Assembly: GCA_043228905.1 (NCBI GenBank)
Contig: JBHGNT010001361.1
Coordinates: 1 to 9,425 of the forward strand
Direction of reading: 5' to 3'
Length of the DNA: 9,425 nt
Source of the DNA: Azolla caroliniana
Lineage: Eukaryota > Plantae > Polypodiophyta
Part shown: positions 7,874 through 9,425 of the stretch, piece by piece
Layout: every line of letters starts with the position of its first letter
How positions within the stretch are numbered: position 1 is the first letter of the stretch
The notes under the pieces: generated by a model
Database searches by the model: none
The model's input: only the letters and a program-made list of their open reading frames with translations
What the model was told of the DNA's origin: nothing
Program-made: the position numbers and the translations under genes

Positions 7874-8609
7874 TATCGTGGAGAAAACCGTCCCTAGGCG
7901 GAATCAAAGAATATCGGGAGAATCGGCGGTGTGCACCATGTGCACTTACCCTTGTAAAAAACGCGTGAATAGTAGGAGTCAAGTCGGGATAGAGAATCCC
8001 ATGTAAGTCGGGATTTATCCCAGATTGTAACGCATCCATCTCCTTGTTCTGTAAAAGAAAGGGATGGTCCCTTGTTGAGGGGTTGCCCATTTTGAGTTAG
8101 GAAGGGTATACCACGTAGGTCTAGGGTTTGGTAGTTTTCTTGGTCTGCACCCTATTTCGTTCTAGGGTTTTGTCTTGGGTTTTTTCTTCTTTTTCTACCC
8201 CTTTGTGTTGCTTAAGGTTTGCTTCTACTCGGTCTTCTGCGCAAGACCCCGCTCGGCGCGACAAGCCCGTGAGCCCCTCGATTGGCGGTTTGGCAACAGA
8301 CTACTGCTGTAACCTACCTTGGTTCGGCTCGAAGTTGGGGTTGTATCTTTCCCTGTAATATATATATATACTCGTGTTTGTTTGTGCATATCGGTGTAGT
8401 TGGTGGAGTCGGGAGCACAACCCCTTTGTTTCCTGTGTATAAGAGTCAGTGTAGCAGGCATGCTCTCTCTCTCTTCTCTCTCTCTCTCTCTCTTGTGTTC
8501 GGTTGCCTCTGGGACGCGTCCGGAATAGTCTTCTCGGCATCCCTTCCTCTCTCGTCCAAGACCCCCGTGGTCCCGCCCCTTCTACACGCACGCGTGTAAC
8601 AACGCGACA
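7874..8609 (+). mobile_element. 5' LTR of family-1 element F (736 bp)
   Basis: TATCGTG (TG mutated to TA)...CGCGACA; reverse-complement homolog of LTR E. Contains a (CT)n tract at 8463-8493. Followed by PBS and gag. Left flank CCGC. Confidence 0.9.
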
Positions 8610-8613
8610 TATT

Positions 8614-8630
8614 TGGTGAACCCGATGTGA
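8614..8630 (+). promoter_or_regulatory. Primer binding site, tRNA-Trp
   Basis: TGGTGAACCCGATGTGA; one C>T change versus the PBS of B and the same 4-nt spacer. Confidence 0.8.
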
Positions 8631-8646
8631 AGGTTGGCAAGGGAGA

Positions 8647-9425
8647 ATGGAGCTGGAGGAAGACGACTTCACGCAACTTTTTGTCGAAGCGGTGAGGGAG
8701 TTTGGACGAGCAATAACAAGACGAGAGACGGTGCAACAAGCGGTTGAGCGAGTGGTCGAAAGAGTCGGTTGTTTCAACGGGGACAAAGTCCCATTCTACT
8801 TGGAAGCCTACTACGGGGAAATGGAGCGAGACATAGACGAGGCGTTAAGGCTGGAGTTCTTCTGTCAGGTCAACGTCGTCCGTATGCACGCGGAAGTGAA
8901 GGAGCTCCGAGAAGCTCATAGTTCGTGGGAGGACTTCGAAGAGGCGCTCCTACAGGCATATGGGGGACAACGGAAGAGCCGGGGACAACGTGACTTCGAC
9001 CAGTGGGTGGCATCAGCGAAGACCCACCGCGGCGCAATGAAGGCGTTCCGAGAGTTCGAGCAACAGCTTGCTCGACTCTTGGAGCGGGAACAAGGTTTGG
9101 TGGGGGCGGACAAAGTCCTGGTGTTCCTTAAGTCGATCGACCGAGCGGAACGGGAGGCCATCGTGATTGAGCTCGAAGACGAGGACAGAGCGAATGGCCT
9201 TATTGAGGTTTGGTCGAAGGTCGGAAGGGTATGCCAACGGCTAGATGACGAGCGAGCCGAGAAGGCAAAGGGGAAGGCGCATGACAGCGCGCCATCACAG
9301 CGGAAAGAGGCCGAACGGCAAAGAGAGTCGGCAAGGCTCGATTTCGGAGCTAGGATTGCGGAGGCTTACGCAACTCTCGAGCCAATGCTCGAGGAAGAGG
9401 AAAGATCGAGGCCGCAACCCGACGC
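8647..9425 (+). CDS. gag: Gag-like protein of element F, open for 259 codons to the window edge
   Basis: Manual translation without stops: MELEEDDFTQLFVEAVREFGRAITRRETVQQAVERVVERVGCFNGDKVPFYLEAY...SSWEDFEEALLQAYG...FREFEQQL...VFLKSID. Lies 16 nt after the PBS; FNG..V..YL and W..F...L...Y patterns are capsid-like. Missing from the ORF track because no stop lies in the window. Confidence 0.85.
   Translation, partial: MELEEDDFTQLFVEAVREFGRAITRRETVQQAVERVVERVGCFNGDKVPFYLEAYYGEMERDIDEALRLEFFCQVNVVRMHAEVKELREAHSSWEDFEEALLQAYGGQRKSRGQRDFDQWVASAKTHRGAMKAFREFEQQLARLLEREQGLVGADKVLVFLKSIDRAEREAIVIELEDEDRANGLIEVWSKVGRVCQRLDDERAEKAKGKAHDSAPSQRKEAERQRESARLDFGARIAEAYATLEPMLEEEERSRPQPD

Noticed and set aside
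7020-8609. LTR F as the partner 5' LTR of element C
   Set aside because: F is in the opposite orientation, has a different central block, and has its own PBS and gag pointing away.

Overview
Eukaryotic, almost certainly plant, repeat-rich DNA. The combination of elements suggests a bryophyte such as a Physcomitrium-type moss, but this is inference. About 94% of the window is a nested stack of Ty3/Gypsy-type LTR retrotransposons from two unrelated families. Family 1 has ~680-810 bp LTRs (TGTCG...GACA), a tRNA-Trp PBS and 4-bp TSDs, and occurs five times: A solo LTR 91-896 (-), B 5' LTR 1359-2053 plus gag start (+), C 3' LTR 2172-2846 plus internal tail (-), E solo LTR 5231-5933 (-), and F 5' LTR 7874-8609 plus an open gag from 8647 to the window end (+). 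Family 2 is one chromovirus, D (3027-7014, - strand), with 448-bp LTRs at 97.5% identity and a GTTCG TSD. D shows a Tf1-style self-priming PBS, a heat-shock-element array in U3, and an in-frame deletion fusing the Gag N-terminus directly to RNase H-integrase-chromodomain. The nesting order is host > B > C > D > E, with F also inside C. No host gene, RNA gene or CRISPR array is supported.
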